Part shown: piece by piece, positions 1 through 14,720 of the stretch | Layout of the letters: every line of letters starts with the position of its first letter | How positions within the stretch are numbered: the first letter of the stretch is position 1 | Assembly: GCF_004010195.1 (NCBI RefSeq) | Contig: NC_057728.1 | Span: 41,582,844 to 41,646,843, forward strand | Source of the DNA: Chiloscyllium plagiosum | Taxonomy: Eukaryota | Direction: 5' to 3' | Length of the DNA stretch: 64,000 nucleotides | The notes under the pieces: model-generated | The model's database searches: none | What the model saw: only the letters and a program-made list of their open reading frames with translations | What the model was told of the DNA's origin: nothing | Program-made: the position numbers and the translations under genes

Positions 1-3000
1 ATATATTATTTACATTATCCTGATATTCCCGAAATCGCTGACTCTGTTTAATATATTATTTACATTATCCTGATATTCCCGAAATCGCTGACTCTGTTTA
101 TTATATGATTTAAATTATCGTGTAACTGTTGAAATTGCTGATTCAGTTTAATATATTATTAATATTATCCTGTAACTCCCGAAATCGCTGATTCTGTTTA
201 ATACATTATTCACATTATCATGGAACTCCCGAAATCCCTGACTCTTTTTAATATATTATTTACATTATCCTTTACCGCCGGAAATCGCTGACTCTGTTTA
301 ACATATTATTTACATTAGCCTGTAACTCCTGAAGTCGCTGACTCTGTTTAATATATTATTTTCCTTATCCTGTAACTCCAGAAATCGTTAACTTTTAAAA
401 TATATTATTTACATCATCCTGTAACTCCTGAACTCGCTGACTCTGTTTAATATATTATTTACATTATCCTGTGACTACCGAAATCGCTGACTCTGGTTAA
501 TATATTATTTAAAATATCCTGTAACTCCAGAAATCGGTGACTTTGGTTAATATATTATTTACATTATCCTGTACCTCTCGAAATCGCTGACTCTGTTAAA
601 TATATTGTTTACATTATCCTGTAACTCTTGGAATCGCTGCCTCTGTTTAAGATATTATTTACGTTATCGCGTAACTACCGAAATCGCTGACTCTGTTTAA
701 TATAGTATTTACATTATACTGGAACTCCTAAGATCGCTGACTGTGTTCAAAATATTATTTACATTAGCCTGTATCTCCCGAAATCTCTGACTCTGTTTCA
801 TATTTTATTTACATTATCCTGTAACTCCCGAAATCGCTGACTCTGTTTAATGTATTATTTGCATTATCCTGAAACTCATGAATTCGCTGATTCTGTTTAA
901 TACATTATTTACTTTATCCAGTAACACCCGGAATTACTGACTCTGTTTAATATATTCGTTACATTATCCTGTAACTCCCAAAATCGCTGACGGTTAAATA
1001 TATTATTAATATTAACCTGAACCTCCTGAAATCGCTGACTCTGTTTAATACATTATATACATTATCCTGTAGCTCATGAAATCGCTCTCCGTGGTTAATA
1101 TATTATTTACGTTATCCTATAACTCCCGAAATCGCTGACTCTGTTTAATATATTATTTGCATTATCTTGTAACAACCCGAAATCGCTGACGCTGCTTAAT
1201 ATATTATTTACATTATCCTGTAACTCCTGAAATCGCTGACTGTGTTTTATATGTTATTTACATTATCCTGAATCTCCCGAAATTGCTGATTCTGTTTAAT
1301 ATATTATTTACATTATCGTGTTACTCCTGAAATCGTTGACTCTGTTTAATATATTATTTACATTATGCTGTACCTCCCGAAATTGCTGACTCTGTTCAAT
1401 ATATTATTCACATTATCCTGTAACAACCCGAAATCGCTGACTCTGTTTAATATGTTATGTACATTATCCTGTAACTCCGGAAATCGCTGTCTTTGATTAA
1501 AATATTATTACATTATAGTGTACCTCCCGAAATCGCACACTCTGTTTAATATATTATTCACATTATCCTGTAAATCCCGAAATCGCTGACTCTGTTCAAT
1601 ATATTATTCACATTATCCTGTAACTCCCGAAGTCGCTGACTCTGTTTAATATATTATTTGCATTATACTGTCACTCATGAAATCGCTGATTCTGTTTAAT
1701 TTCTTATTGACATTACCCTGTAGCTCGCGAAATCGCTGACTCAGTTTAATATATTATCTACATTATCCTGTCACTCCTGAAATCGCTGACTCTGTTTAAT
1801 ATACTATTTATATTGTCCAGCAACTCCCGAAATCGCAGACTCTGTTTTGTATATTCTTCACATTATCCTGTCATTCCCAAAATCGCTGACTCTGTTTAAT
1901 ATATTATTTACATTATCCTGCAACTCCTGAAATCGCTGACTCTGTATTAGATATTATCTACATTATCCTGTAACTCATGAAATCGCTGACTCTGTTTAAT
2001 ATATTATTTACATTATCCTGTAAATCTTGAAATCGCTGATTCTGTTTAATATATTATTCACATTATCCTGTAACTCATGAAATCGCTGACTCTGTTTAAT
2101 ATATTATTTACATTAACCTGCAACTCCTGAAATCGCTGACTCTGTTTAATATATTATTTTCCTTATCCTGTAACTCCAGAAATCGTTAATATTTTAAATA
2201 TATTATTTACATTATCCTGTAACTCCTGAAATCGCTGACGCTGCTTAATATATTATTTACATTATCCTGTAACTACCGAAATCGCTGACTCTGGTTAATA
2301 TATTATTTAAAATATCCTGTAACTCCAGAAATTGGTGACTTTGGTTAATATATTATTTATATTATCCTGTAACTCCTGAAATCGCTGACTCTGTTTAATA
2401 TATTATTTACATTATCCTGTAACTACCGAAATCGCTGACTCTGGTTAATATATTATTTAAAATATCCTGTAACTCCAGAAATCGGTGACTTTGGTTAATA
2501 TATTATTTACATTATCCTGTACCTCCCGAAATCGCTGACTCTGTTAAATATATTGTTTACATTATCCTGTAACCCTTGGAATCGCTGCCTCTGTTTAAGA
2601 TATTATTTACGTTATCGCGAAACTACCGAAATCGCTGACTCTGTTTAATATAGTATTTACATTATCCTGTAACTCCCGAAATCGCTGACTCTGTGTAATA
2701 TAGTATTTACATGATCCTGGAACTCCTGAAATCGCTGACTTTGTTTAATATATAATTTACATTATCCTGAAACTCCTGAATTCGCTGTCGCTGTTTAATA
2801 TACTGTTCATATTGTTCAGTAACTCCCGAAATCGCTGGCTCTGTTTTATATATTATTCACATTATCCTGTAACTCTCGAAATCCCTGACTGTTGAATGTA
2901 TTATTTACATTATCCTGCACCTCCCGAAATTGCTGAATCTGTTTAATATATTATATACAGTATCCTGTAACTCCGAAATCGCTGACTCTATTTAATATAT

Positions 3001-5693
3001 TATTTAGATTATCCTGTAACTCCTGAAATCGCTGACTCTGTTTAGTATATTATTTACATTATCCTGTCACTCCCAAAATCGCTGACTCTGTTTAATATAT
3101 TATTAACATTATCCTGTAACTCTCGAAATCGCTGTCTGTGTTTAATATATTATTTTCATTATCATGTAACTCTCGAAATCGCTGACTCTGTTTATTATAT
3201 TATTAACATTATCCTGTATCTCCCGAAATCGGTGACTCTGTTTAATATATTATTAACATTATCCTGTAACTCTCGAAATCGCTGACTCTGTTTAATATAT
3301 TATTAACATTATCCTGTAACTCTCGAAATCGCTGACTGTTTAATATAGTATTAACATTATCCTGTAACTCCCGAAATCGCTGACTCTGTTTAATATATTA
3401 TTTAAATTATCCTGTAACTCATGAAATCGCAGACTCAGTTTAATATATTATCTACATTTTCCTGTCACTCCTGAAATCGCTGACTCTTTTTAATATACTG
3501 TTTACATTATCCTGAAACTGCTGAAATCGCTGACTCTGTTTAATATGTTATTTACATTTTCCTGTAACTCCCGAAATCGCTTATTCTGGTTAACATAATA
3601 TTTACATTATCCTGTAACTCATGAAATCGGTGATGCTGTTTATTTTATTATTTACATAATACTGTAGCTCCCGAAATCGCTGTCTCTGTTTAATATATTA
3701 TTTACATTATCCTGTCACTCCTGTAATCGCTGACTCTGTATAATATATTATTTACATTATCCTGTACGTCCCGAAATTGCTGACTCTGTTTAATATATTA
3801 TTTACATAATCCTATAACTCCAGAAATCGCTGATTCTTTTTAATATATTATTTACATTATCCTGTAACTCCCGAAATCGCTGACACTATTTAATACATTA
3901 TTTACATGATCCTGGATGTCCCGAAATCGCTGTCTCTGTTTAATATATTATTTACATTATCCTTTAACACCTGAAATCGCATTCTCTGTTTAATATATTA
4001 TTTACATAATCCTGTAGCTCCCGAAATTGCTGATTTAGTTTAATATATTATCTGCATTATACTGTCACTCCTGAAATCGATGACTCTGTTGAATAAATTA
4101 TTTACATTATCCTCTAACTCCCGAAATCGCTGACTCTGTTTAATTTTTTATTAACATTATCCTTTAACTCCCGAAATCGCTGACTGTATTTAATATATTA
4201 TTTACATTATCCTGTAACTCATGAAATCGCTGACTCTGTTCAATATATTGTTTACATTTTTTTATAACTCATGATATCGATGACTCTGTTTAATATATTA
4301 TTTGCATTATCCTTTTACTCCAGAAATCGCTGACTCTGTTTAATATATTATTTACATTATCCTGTAACTCCCGAAATCGCTGGCTCTGTTTAATATATTA
4401 TTTACATTATCGTGTAACTCCCGAAATCGCTAACTCTGTTTAATATGTTATTTACATTATCCTGTAACTCCGGAAATCGCTGACTCTGTTTAATATATTA
4501 CTTACATTATCCCGAAACTTCCGAAATCGCTGCCTCTGCTTCATATATTCTTTACATTATCATGTGACTCTTGAAATCACTGACTGTGTTTCATATGTTA
4601 TTTACATTATCCTGTAACTCCCGAAATCGCTGACACTGTTTAATATAATATTTACATTATCCGGTAACTCCCGAAATCGCTGACTCTGTTTTTATATATT
4701 ACTTACATTATCCCGAAACTTCCGAAATCGCTGCCTCTGCTTCATACATTCTTTACATTATCATGTGACTCTTGAAATCACTGACTGTGTTTCATATGTT
4801 ATTTACATTATCCTGTAACTCCCGAAATCGCTGACACTGTTTAATATAATATTTACATTATCCGGTAACTCCCGAAATCGCTGACTCTGTTTTTATATAT
4901 TATTTACATTAATCTGTAACTCATGAAATCGCTGACTCCGTTTCATATATTATTTACATTATCCTGTAACTCCTGCAATTGCTGACTCTGTTTCATACAT
5001 TATTTATGTTATCCTGTAACTCCCGACATCGCTGATTCTGTTTCATATATTCTTTACATTATCCTGTAACATCCGAAATCGCTGACTGTGTTTAATATAT
5101 TATTTCCGCTTTCCCAAAATCCCGAAATCGCTGAATCTGTTTAATATATTATTTACATTATCCTGTTACTCCTGAAATCGCTGACTCTGTTTAATATATT
5201 ATTTACATTATCCTGTAACTCCCGAAATCGTTGACTCTGTTTAATATATTATTTTCATTTTCCTGTAACTCCCGAAAACGCTGACTGTGTTGTATATATT
5301 ATTTACATTATCCTGTAACTCCTGAAATCGCTGACTCTGTTTAATATATTATTCACATTATCCTGTAACTCACGAAATCGCTGACTCTGTTCAATATATT
5401 ATTTACATTATCGTGTAACTCCCGAAGTCGCTGACTGTGTTTAATATATTATTTCCGTTATCCTAAACTCCCGAAATCACTGCCTCTTTTTAATATATTA
5501 TCCACATTATCCCGTAACTCCGGAATCGTTGACTCTGGTTCATATATTATTTACGTTATCCTGAAAGTCCCGAAACCGCAGACTTTTTTTCAATATTATT
5601 TACATCATCCTGTAACTGCTTAAATCGCTGACTCTGTTGAATATAGTATTCAAATTATCCTCTTCCTCCCGAAATTGCTGACTCTGTTTAATA
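1..5693. repeat. AT-rich tandem satellite, 50-bp unit, roughly 113 copies; runs off the window start
   Basis: Consensus ATATATTATTTACATTATCCTGTAACTCCCGAAATCGCTGACTCTGTTTA repeats continuously with a few substitutions or indels per unit. Confidence 0.98.
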
Positions 5694-5769
5694 TGGACAT
5701 TTTCTTCCGTTTGGACAGACTTGTTTGTGGTGGCAAGCCTCATAACAGTTCACGACTTGACAGCTGAGA

Positions 5770-6015
5770 TGAAATGCAAGAAGAATTTCCCAATGTTGGG
5801 GAAATCCAGTGTTCCGGGTCACAGCCAGACAATACTTTGTAAGCCATTTCGGACTGAGATGAAGATGATTTTTTCACCCAGAGAGTTGTGACCCTCTGGA
5901 ATTCTCTCCCACAGGAAGCTGTCGGGGCCAGGTCATGAGATATATTCAAGAGGGAGCTGGACATGGTCCTTGTGGGTGAAGGGATCAAGGGATGTGGAGA
6001 GAAAGCAGGAATGGT
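5770..6015 (+). mobile_element. CR1-like LINE 3' fragment
   Basis: TTTTTCACCCAGAGAGTTGTG...TGGAATTCTCTCCCACAG encodes the FFTQRVV..WNSLP C-terminus typical of CR1 ORF2. Confidence 0.75.
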
Positions 6016-6019
6016 AGAG

Positions 6020-7730
6020 CCTGGTATTAAGGGTGAAATTGCTGAGTACTTGGAAGTGCATGATAAAGTAGGGCTGAGTCAGCAGCATGGCTTCATCAAA
6101 AGGAGGTCATGCCTGACAGATCTGTTAGAATTCTTTGTGGAGGCACAACATCGTGGGACAAAAGTGCCTGTTCTGTGCTGTACCTTTCTATGTTCTATGT
6201 AATGAGGACGTTCGACAAAAGAGAGCCAGTGGACATTATTTGTTTGGATTTCCAGACGGCCTTTGATACGGTGCTGCACAGGAGGCTGCTAAATAAGCGA
6301 AGAGCCCATGGTGTTTGTAGCAAGATGCTGGTCTGGATAGAGGATTGGCTGACTAGCAGGGGGTGGGGCCAAATGGGTCTTTTTCTTGCTGGCAGACCGT
6401 GACCAGTGAAGTCCCACAGGGGGCAGTGTTGGGACCACAACGTTTCGTTGGTGATATATTAATAATATGGATGAAGGAACATTGTTGCTGAGTTTGCAGA
6501 TGACACCAAGACAGGTGGAGGGACAGGCAGTGTGTTCAGGAAGTAGGCAGGCCTGCAGACGGCTTGGACGTGCGAGGCAAGTGGACAAAGAAGTGACAAA
6601 TGGAATACAATGTGGGAAAGTGTGCGGTAATCCACTATAGCAGGAAGAATATAGAAGCATAGACTATTCCCTGAATGGGGAAAGGCTTCCAGAACTCTGA
6701 AGCACAAGGCGACATGAGAGTCCTAGCTCAGGATTCTCTTCCAGTTACCCTGCAGGATCAGTCGGCTGTACAGAAGGAAAATGAAACATTGGCTTTTATT
6801 TCAGCAGCACTAGAGCAGGATGTACTGCTGAGGCTGTATAAGACTGTGGTCAGTCACATTTGGAATGTTGAGAGCAGTTTTGGGCCCTGTATCTAAGGAA
6901 GGAAGTGCTGCCACTGGCGGTTTACAAGAATGCTTCTGGGGCTTGTCATTGGATGAGCAGTTAAAGACTCTGGATCTGTACAATGGAGTTTTGGAAGATA
7001 AGGCTGTTTCTGTTTGATACTCACGGAATACTGAGAGGCCTGGATTGAGAAGCTGTTTTCACGAATAGGAGAGACTGGGATCTGAGGCAACAGCGTTTAG
7101 ATTGTGATGAGGGGGAATTTCTTCAGCGAGAGGGTGATTAATCTGTGGAACTCATTGCTGCAGGAGGCCAAATCATAGAGTCATAGAGATGTACAGCATG
7201 GAAACAGACCCTTCGGTCCAACTTGTCCATGCCAACCAGATATCCCAACCTAATCTAATCCCACTTGCCAGCACCCAGCCCATATCCCTCCAAACCCTTC
7301 CTATTCATATACCCATCCAGATGCCTTTTAAATGTTGCAATTGTACTAGCCTCCATCACTTCCTCTGGCAGTTCATTCCATACATTTACCACCCTCTGAG
7401 TGAAAACGTTGCTACTTATGTCTCTTTTATATCTTTCCCCTCTCACCCTAAACTTATGCCCACTCGTTTTGGACTCCCCAACCCCAGGGAAAAGACTTTG
7501 TCTATTTATCCTATCCATGCCCCTCATGATTTTGTAAATCTCTATAAGGCCACCCCTCAAAGTAATTGAGTGTCTTTAAGACAGAAATAGATAGGTTACT
7601 GATTAACAAAGGGATCAAAGTTTACAGGAATAAGGCAAGAGATTGGGCTTGTTAATGATATCAGTCTTGAGTGGGGACAGACTCAATGGGCCGATACCCT
7701 GATTCTGCTCCTTTATCTCACGGTCTTATG
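6020..7730 (+). mobile_element. Decayed 5'-truncated CR1 LINE (RT domain to 3' UTR), interrupted at about 7172-7558
   Basis: Translations SQQHGFIKRRSCLTDLLEFF, VDIICLDFQTAFDTVLHRRLL and EFADDTK; frameshifted; sequence resumes collinearly after the insert. Confidence 0.9.
7172..7558 (-). mobile_element. Younger CR1 3' end nested in the older CR1
   Basis: Open ORF RGGLIEIYKIMRGMDR...FTQRVVNVWNELP...FKRHLD followed by the 3' UTR and a (CTCTATGA)n tail. Confidence 0.92.
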
Positions 7731-8119
7731 GGAATATCATGATGGAAATCATCCCCTAATCCCCAGTATTCAAACAGTTACCACTCGGGCTAAATTACTC
7801 ATTTATTCATCAAAAAGCACAATTAGCTTGTCCTTGATCCTATGATAAGAAAACTCTCGTTTAACAAACGGCAAATCAGATTCTTAATTATTAGTATACA
7901 AACTTGAACAGCCACACCTCATGAGAGTAGTGCATTCCTCCCAGAATCATCACATAAGTCAAAGATTTTAAAAATTACGCTGGGTTTCCCAATTGACTTG
8001 TCTTTTTAGACCCAGGTTGATAGAAAGGACAGACCAGATTTCGGCATTTAACAAAGAAAATAATTTAATCTGAGTAATCAGACTCAAGCTGCAGGTAAAC
8101 TGTTCTGAATAGTTGGGAG

Positions 8120-8246
8120 CTTCACCTGATCAAAGAGCAGCACTCCAAAAGCTTGTGATTTTAAATGAACCTATTGGACTATGACCTGGTGTCATGTGAC
8201 TTCTGATCTTGTCCACCCCAGTCCAACATTGGCACCTCCACATCAT
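8120..8246 (+). mobile_element. Short PLE-type repeat, family B (decayed hammerhead-like core)
   Basis: TCACCTGATCAAAGAGCAGCACTCCAAAAGCTTGTGA...GGACTATGACCTGGTGTC; same family as 15547, 19330, 21516, 29993 and 31583. Confidence 0.7.
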
Positions 8247-8409
8247 GTAATTCAGTTGGTGAAATCAATAGGTAAATAATAAAATTAGAGATCTGAATGA
8301 AATCAAGCGCTTTTGGACGCACACCCTATTTCTACCTTCTGTATGTGCTATTTACTATTTGTTCTCATGGTTAGGAACTATATTCGAATTCATTTGGATC
8401 TGGGAGAAA

Positions 8410-8845
8410 AAGATCGTTAGTCTTATCATGGCCAACTGAAGGGTGATAACCAAGAGGAGTATTGGGTCTGTACTCATGAGTTTAGGAGGGGGAGAGGGAT
8501 CTCATTGAATCTTACAGAGCACCAAAAGTCCTGAATAGGATGGATGTGGAGCTGATGTGTTCAGTGGTGGGAGAGATTAGGACCTGAGGGCACAGCCTCA
8601 GAATGGGAGGGACGTCCTTTTCGAACTGAGAGGAGGATGGAGCCTCTTCAGCCAGAGGGTGGAATTTGGGGACCTGTTTGTTGACGAATGCGTATCTAAG
8701 CGTATCTAAGACGGAGGTAGAAAGGTTCTTGTTTAGTAAGAGGATTGAGGTTAATGGGAAAAGGGAGAGATTTGGTTGAGAAACATATCAGCCATGATTA
8801 AATGGGTCAAATAGCTTAATTCGCTTCTGATATCTTACAGTCTAA
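8410..8845 (+). mobile_element. Decayed CR1 3' fragment
   Basis: GGGATCTCATTGAATCTTAC (GDLIE-like), TTCAGCCAGAGGGTG and a CR1-type tail. Confidence 0.7.
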
Positions 8846-9394
8846 GTCACTTAATACTGAACATTGTTTGTGAATCTCCTGTCTTTAATAATCTGTGTAG
8901 AATGCCCTGCCCCTCTGACATTCTTGTAGCTTTCTGTTTCTGGAGATTTTTTAATCTCACTGACTGGTTCAGTATATGCACTTTCCCAGCAATCCCATGG
9001 GATCTTCCATCCACTCAGCTGCCACAGTTCTCTGCACAGCCCTCGTCCTCACTGAGCATTCCTCCCTCCAGTCCCTGTCCCCCTTTCAGCTGACACCCTC
9101 ACAGTTCCTCTGTATCCCCGTGTTCCTTTCAAGCTCACGCCCTGCTTGTTCCACTTCCAGAACTCTGGGTTTATGGCCCAGAAGTGTCCGTCCTGAGGTC
9201 GCGATCTCACAATTGTATCTTGGCCCTTGCGTGGGACATCTCCCCCCTTTACAGCCAGCTCCAGCTGAATGTGCACACACAGCAGGCAGTGTTGGCGGTT
9301 CATTTTGGGGAACGTGAGGCTCACTTCTTAATAAAAGCCACCCAGGGAAGCCATATGTTGTTCAAGCTGTTAGGACCTAATAGACCCTTCAACC

Positions 9395-11605
9395 AATAGA
9401 TTATAAATGAAAGAATCCCATGGCCGAATTGTTAAATCACTACAGACACAGGTTGATACTGATATAAAGTATTCCTCTGCTCCCTGTCCATTCATGAATC
9501 TATCTAGATATGTCTTAAATGATGCTATCATGCCCACCTCTGCCACTTCTGCTGGCACCCACCACCCTCTGCATATCCTTTTCCATGCATATCGCCCCTA
9601 ATCTTTTCCCCTCTCATCATGAACTCATGATCCCTGGTAATTGAGTCTCCCACTCTGGGAAAACGTTTCTTGCTTTCCACCTCTCATGATTTTTTTAGAC
9701 CTCAATCAGGTCCCCCTCAACCTCTGTCTGTCTAATGTAAATAATCCTAAACACTCAACCTTTCTTCATAGCTAGTGCACTCCATATCAGACAACATCCT
9801 GGTGAACCTCCTCTGCACCCATACCCTTTTGGTAAAGTGGCGACCAGAACTGTACGCAGTATTCCAAATGAGGCCAAACCAAAATCTTATACAACTGTAA
9901 CATGACTTGCCAACTCTTGTACTCAATACCCCATCAGATGAAGGAAGGCATGCCATATGCCTTCTTGAACACTCTACTGACCTGCATTGCCACCTTCAGG
10001 GTACAATGGACCTGAATACCCAGATCACTCTGTGCATCAACTTTCCCCAGGATATTGCCATTTATCATATTGTTCGCTCTTGAATTAAATATTCCCAAAT
10101 GCATCACCTCACATTTGCCCGGATTGAGCTCCATATACTATCCCTCTGCCTATCTCTCCAATATATCTATATTCTACTGTATTCTCTGACAGTCCCCTTC
10201 ACTATCTGCTACTTCACTAATCTTACTGTCATCTGCAAACTTGCTCATTAGACCACCTATATCTTCCTCCAGATTATTTATGTATATCACAAACAACAGT
10301 GGTCCCAGCACAGATCCCTGTGGAATACCACTGATCACAGTTCTCCATTTTGAGAAATTCCCATCCACTACTACTCTCTGTCTCCTGCAACCCAGCCAAT
10401 TCTCTGTCCATCTAGCTAGTACACTTTGGATCCCATGCGACTTCATTTTCTCCGTCAGCCTACCATGAGGAACCTTATCAAATACCTTACTGAAGTCAAT
10501 GATGACATCTACAGCTCTTCCCTCACTTTGTCACTTCCTCAACGGTTTATTAGGTTTGTAAAACATGACATTCCTTCCAAAAAACCATATTGTCTGTCAC
10601 TGATAATCCCATTTTCTCCCAAATGGGAAGAGATCCTATCCCTCAGTATCTTCTCCAGCAGCTCCCCTACCACAGATTCTCTCCTTCTTAAACAAGGGAA
10701 CAACATTAGCAATTTTCCAGTCCTCCAGCACCTCAACCGTGTTCAAGGATGCTGCAAAGATATCTGTTAAGGCCCAGCTAATTCCTCTCTCGCTTCCTTC
10801 AGTAACCTGGGATAGAACCCATCTGGACATGGAGACTTGTCGACCTTAATGCTTTTTAGAATACTCAACATTTCATCCCTTCAGATGCTGACCTGACCTA
10901 GAATAATAAAACATCTATCTCTAACCTCACCGTCCGTCATGTCCCTCTCCTTGGTGAATACCAATGCAAAGTACTCATTAAGAATCTCACCCATTGTCTC
11001 TGACTCCACATGTAACTTTCCTCCTTTGTGCTTACCCTCTTACTCTTTGTACATGAATAAAAGGCTTTGGGATTTTCCTTAACTCTGTTTGCTAAAGATA
11101 TATAATGACCGCTTTTAGCCTTCTTAATTCCTCGTTTCAGATTAGTCCTACATTCCTGATATTCTTCCAAAGTTTTGTCTGTTTTCAGTCGCATAGACCT
11201 TATGTATGCTTCCTTTTTCCTCTTAGCTAGTCTTACAATTTCATCTGTCATCCATGGTTCTCTCATCCTGCCATTTCTATACCTCATTTTCACAGGGACA
11301 TATCTCTCCTGAACTCTAATCAACCTCTCTTTAAAGCCTCCCACATATCAAATGTGGATTTACCTTCAAATAGCTGCTTCCAATCCACATTCCCCAGCTC
11401 CTGCCGAATATTGGTATGGTTGACCTTACCCGAATTTAGCAGTCTTCCTTGAGGACCACTCTCATCCATGAGTATTCTAAAACTTTTGGAATTGTGGTCA
11501 CTATTCCCAAAGTAATCCCCTACTGAAACTTCAACCACTTAGCCGGGCTCATTCCCCAACACCAGGTCGGGGATGGTTCTTAACCGAGTTGGACTATTTA
11601 CATAT
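9395..11605 (-). mobile_element. Decayed CR1 LINE ORF2 (end of APE endonuclease, RT, 3' UTR)
   Basis: ORF fragments YFGNSDHN, ENPKAFY, DWKIANVVPLFKK, SGIPQGSVLGPLLFVIYINNL...SKFADDSK and NPGKCEVMHLG. Confidence 0.95.
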
Positions 11606-12058
11606 TTTGCATATGTTCATCTAAACACTTCTGAGATATCTTAGTATTCGCTGCTTTTGCCACCTTTTCACGCAGTGAGCTCCAGATTCCCGCCACAGAA
11701 GCATAGTTTCTCAAATCCTCTCCAAAACCCCTGCTTCTTACCTTAAGTCTGTATCCCTTGGTTATTGACCCCTTTATTCAGGTGAAATGTTTCTCCCTAT
11801 CAACCCTGTCCATGCCTCCTAGAACTTTGTAACGTCAATCAGCCTTGTCTGCTTGAAGGAAAACAACTCCAGCCAGTCTAAACTCTCTTCATTGCTCCAA
11901 CTCAGACAAAATCCTGGTCAATCTCCTTTACATCTTCTTTAAGACAATCACTTCCTTCCGAGAGTGGACTGACCACAACTGCACACAATACAATCATAGA
12001 GATGTGCAGTACAGAGACAGAAGCTTTGGTCCAAACTCCAGCTGTGGGCTAGCTATAG
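11605..12058 (-). mobile_element. Older CR1 3' fragment(s)
   Basis: Resembles the other minus-strand CR1 3' regions (AATCCTGGTCAATCTC, ACCACAACTGCACACAATAC). Confidence 0.65.
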
Positions 12059-12059
12059 T

Positions 12060-14720
12060 TAGAGCATTGAACATAGAACACAAAACATAGAGCATAGAAC
12101 AGTGCAGCACAGTACAGGCCTTTTGGCCCACATTGTTATGCCAACCATTTGTCTTAATCTAAGATCAATTTAACCTACACAAGCTCAACTTATTGCCATC
12201 TATGTGCTGGTCCAGCATTGCTTAAATGTCCCTAATGTCTCTGACTGTACTACTACCGACGGCAGTGCATTCCACACACCCAGAACTCTCTGCATAAAAA
12301 ACCTATCTCTGACATCTCCCAAACCTTTCTCCAATCATCTTCAAATTATGACCCCTCGTGACAGTCATTTCTGCCCGAGGGAAAGGTGTCTGGCTATCCA
12401 CTCTATCTATGCCTCTCATTACCTAGTACTCCACTATCAAATCACCTCTCTTCCTTCTTATTTCCAGTGTGAAAAGCCCTAGCTGACTCAACCTCTCTTC
12501 ATAAGACAAGCCCTCCAATCCAGGCAACATCCTGGTAAATCTCCTCTGCACCCTCTCTAAAGCATCTACATCCTTCCTGTAATGAGGTGACCAGATCTGG
12601 ACACAATATTAAAGTGTGGTCTCACCAGGGTTTTATAGAGCTGCAGAGGCTCTGAAACTCAATCCCCCGTTAATGAAAGCCAAAGCACCATACCATTTAT
12701 TAACAACCCTGTCAACTGGATGGCAACTTTAAAGGATCTTTATACATGAACCCCGAGATCCTGCAGTTCTACCACACTGCCAAGAGTCCTGTCTTTAACA
12801 CTGTATTCAACATTCAAATTCAACCTTCCAAAATGAATCACTCCACATTTATCCAGGTTGAACTCCATCTGCCACTTATCAGCCCAGCTATGCATTCTGT
12901 TAATGTCATGTTGCAGCCTGCAACAGCCGTCTACACTACCTACAACACCACCGACCTTGCTGTCATCAGAAAACTTATTAACCTACCTTTCCACTTCTTT
13001 ATTCAAGACATTTATAGAAATCACAAAGAACAGAGGCCCACAAACAGATCCCTGCAGGACACCGCTGGTCACTGACCTCCAGGTGGAATACTTTCCATCC
13101 ATTGCCACTCGGTGTCTTCTTTCAGCCAGCCAATTCTGTGTCCAGACAGGAAAGTTTCCCTGTATCCCATACCTCTTAACTTTCTGAATAAACCTACTAT
13201 GGGGAACTTAATCAAATGCCTTACTGAAATCCATATACACCACATCCACTGCTCAACTTTTGTCAACTTGTCTTGTCACATCTTCAAAGAACTCAGTAAG
13301 ATTTGTGAGGCATGACCTGCCCCTCACAAAACCATGCTGACTGTCTTTAATTAAACTGTGGGTTTACCAAATAGTCATAAATCCTATCTTTCAGAATCCT
13401 TTCCAGTACCTTGCTATGACAGACGTAAGGCTGACTGGTCTGTAATTCTCAGGGATTTCCTTATTCCCGTTCTTGAACAAAGGAACAACATTCGCCTCCT
13501 CCAAATCGGCTAATATTACTCCCATGGAGAGGGAGGATGCAAAAATGATCTCCAGAGGCTCAGCAATCTCATTGCTCGCTTCCTGTAGTAAAATTGGATA
13601 TATCGGGCCCGGCCCTGGGTACTTATCTATCCTGATGCTTCCCAGAATTTCCAACACGTCCACTTTCTTAATATTAATCTGTTCAAGCCTATTAACCAGG
13701 TCCATGGTGTTCTCACTATCAATAAGGTCCCCTCTCTAGTGAATAGTGAAGTAAAAATCCCGTTTAGGGTCTCCCCTACATCTTCAGTCTCCCGGCACAA
13801 GTTCCTTCCACTATTCCTGTTCGGCCCTATCCTCTTTCTGATTATTCTATTATTCCTCACCTCAGTGTAGAATGCCTTTGGGTTTTCCATAATCCTTCCA
13901 CCAGCAATGCTTTAGAGCAATCCTCTAAAGCAGTGCCAGATCCTTGCTTCCTCAACCTTAAGTAAACTTCCTTCTTCCTTTTCACAGCTCTTGACATTCA
14001 AAGCTTCACTTTACCATTCCTTGCCTGTCTCAGTGGGGCAAAGTTATCCAGCGCACGCAACTAGTGCTCCTTAAACAGCCACTACATTTCTGTTTCAATT
14101 TCTCGCAGATCAATTGTTCACAATTTATACTCCACAGCTCCTGTCTGATAGCAGTATAATTTCCCATCCCCCAACTAAATACCATCCCACACTGTCGGCT
14201 CCTATCCCTCTCCATGGCTATGGTAAACGTAAGGCAGTTGTGATCACTGTCACGGAAATGTTCTCGATGATCTGACACCTAGCCTGGCTCGTTGCCTAGC
14301 ACCAAATCCAATATGGCCTCCTCCATCATCGGCCTATCCGACATATTGAGTTAGGAATCCTTCCTGTACACACCTGACAAAATCAGCTCCATCCAGACTA
14401 TCTGCACTATGGAGATTCCAGTCAATATTGATGTTGAAGTCGTCCATAGCAACAGCTCTGTCACATCTGTACCTTTCCAAGATCGGTTGTACAATCTGTT
14501 CTTCCATCTCTCTGCTGCTATTGGGGGGTCTATAGAAAACACCCAACAAAGTGACTGCTCCTTTCCTGTTACTGACTTCCATCCATAGAGTCTAAATCGA
14601 TAACTCCTCCTCATCAACCTGCTTTTCTGCGGCTGTGATGCACTCTCTAATTAACAATGTTACTCCGCCTCCTCTTTTACCCCCCACCCCCGTTCTTTTT
14701 AACCTCCAGGCCCTTCTATT
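12060..14720 (-). mobile_element. Near-complete but decayed CR1 ORF2 (APE + RT) with (CATAGAA)n tail on the + strand
   Basis: KRGGGVTLLI, LGVFYRPPN, DDFNINIDW, RDSDHN, ENPKAFY, ANVVPLFKNGNK..PENYRPVSLTSV; short tandem tail at 12060-12100. Confidence 0.95.

Noticed and set aside
1..5693. CRISPR array or ribozyme-bearing satellite
   Set aside because: There are no unique spacers and the context is eukaryotic. The unit has CTGACTC and GAAA but no CUGANGA core or stems.
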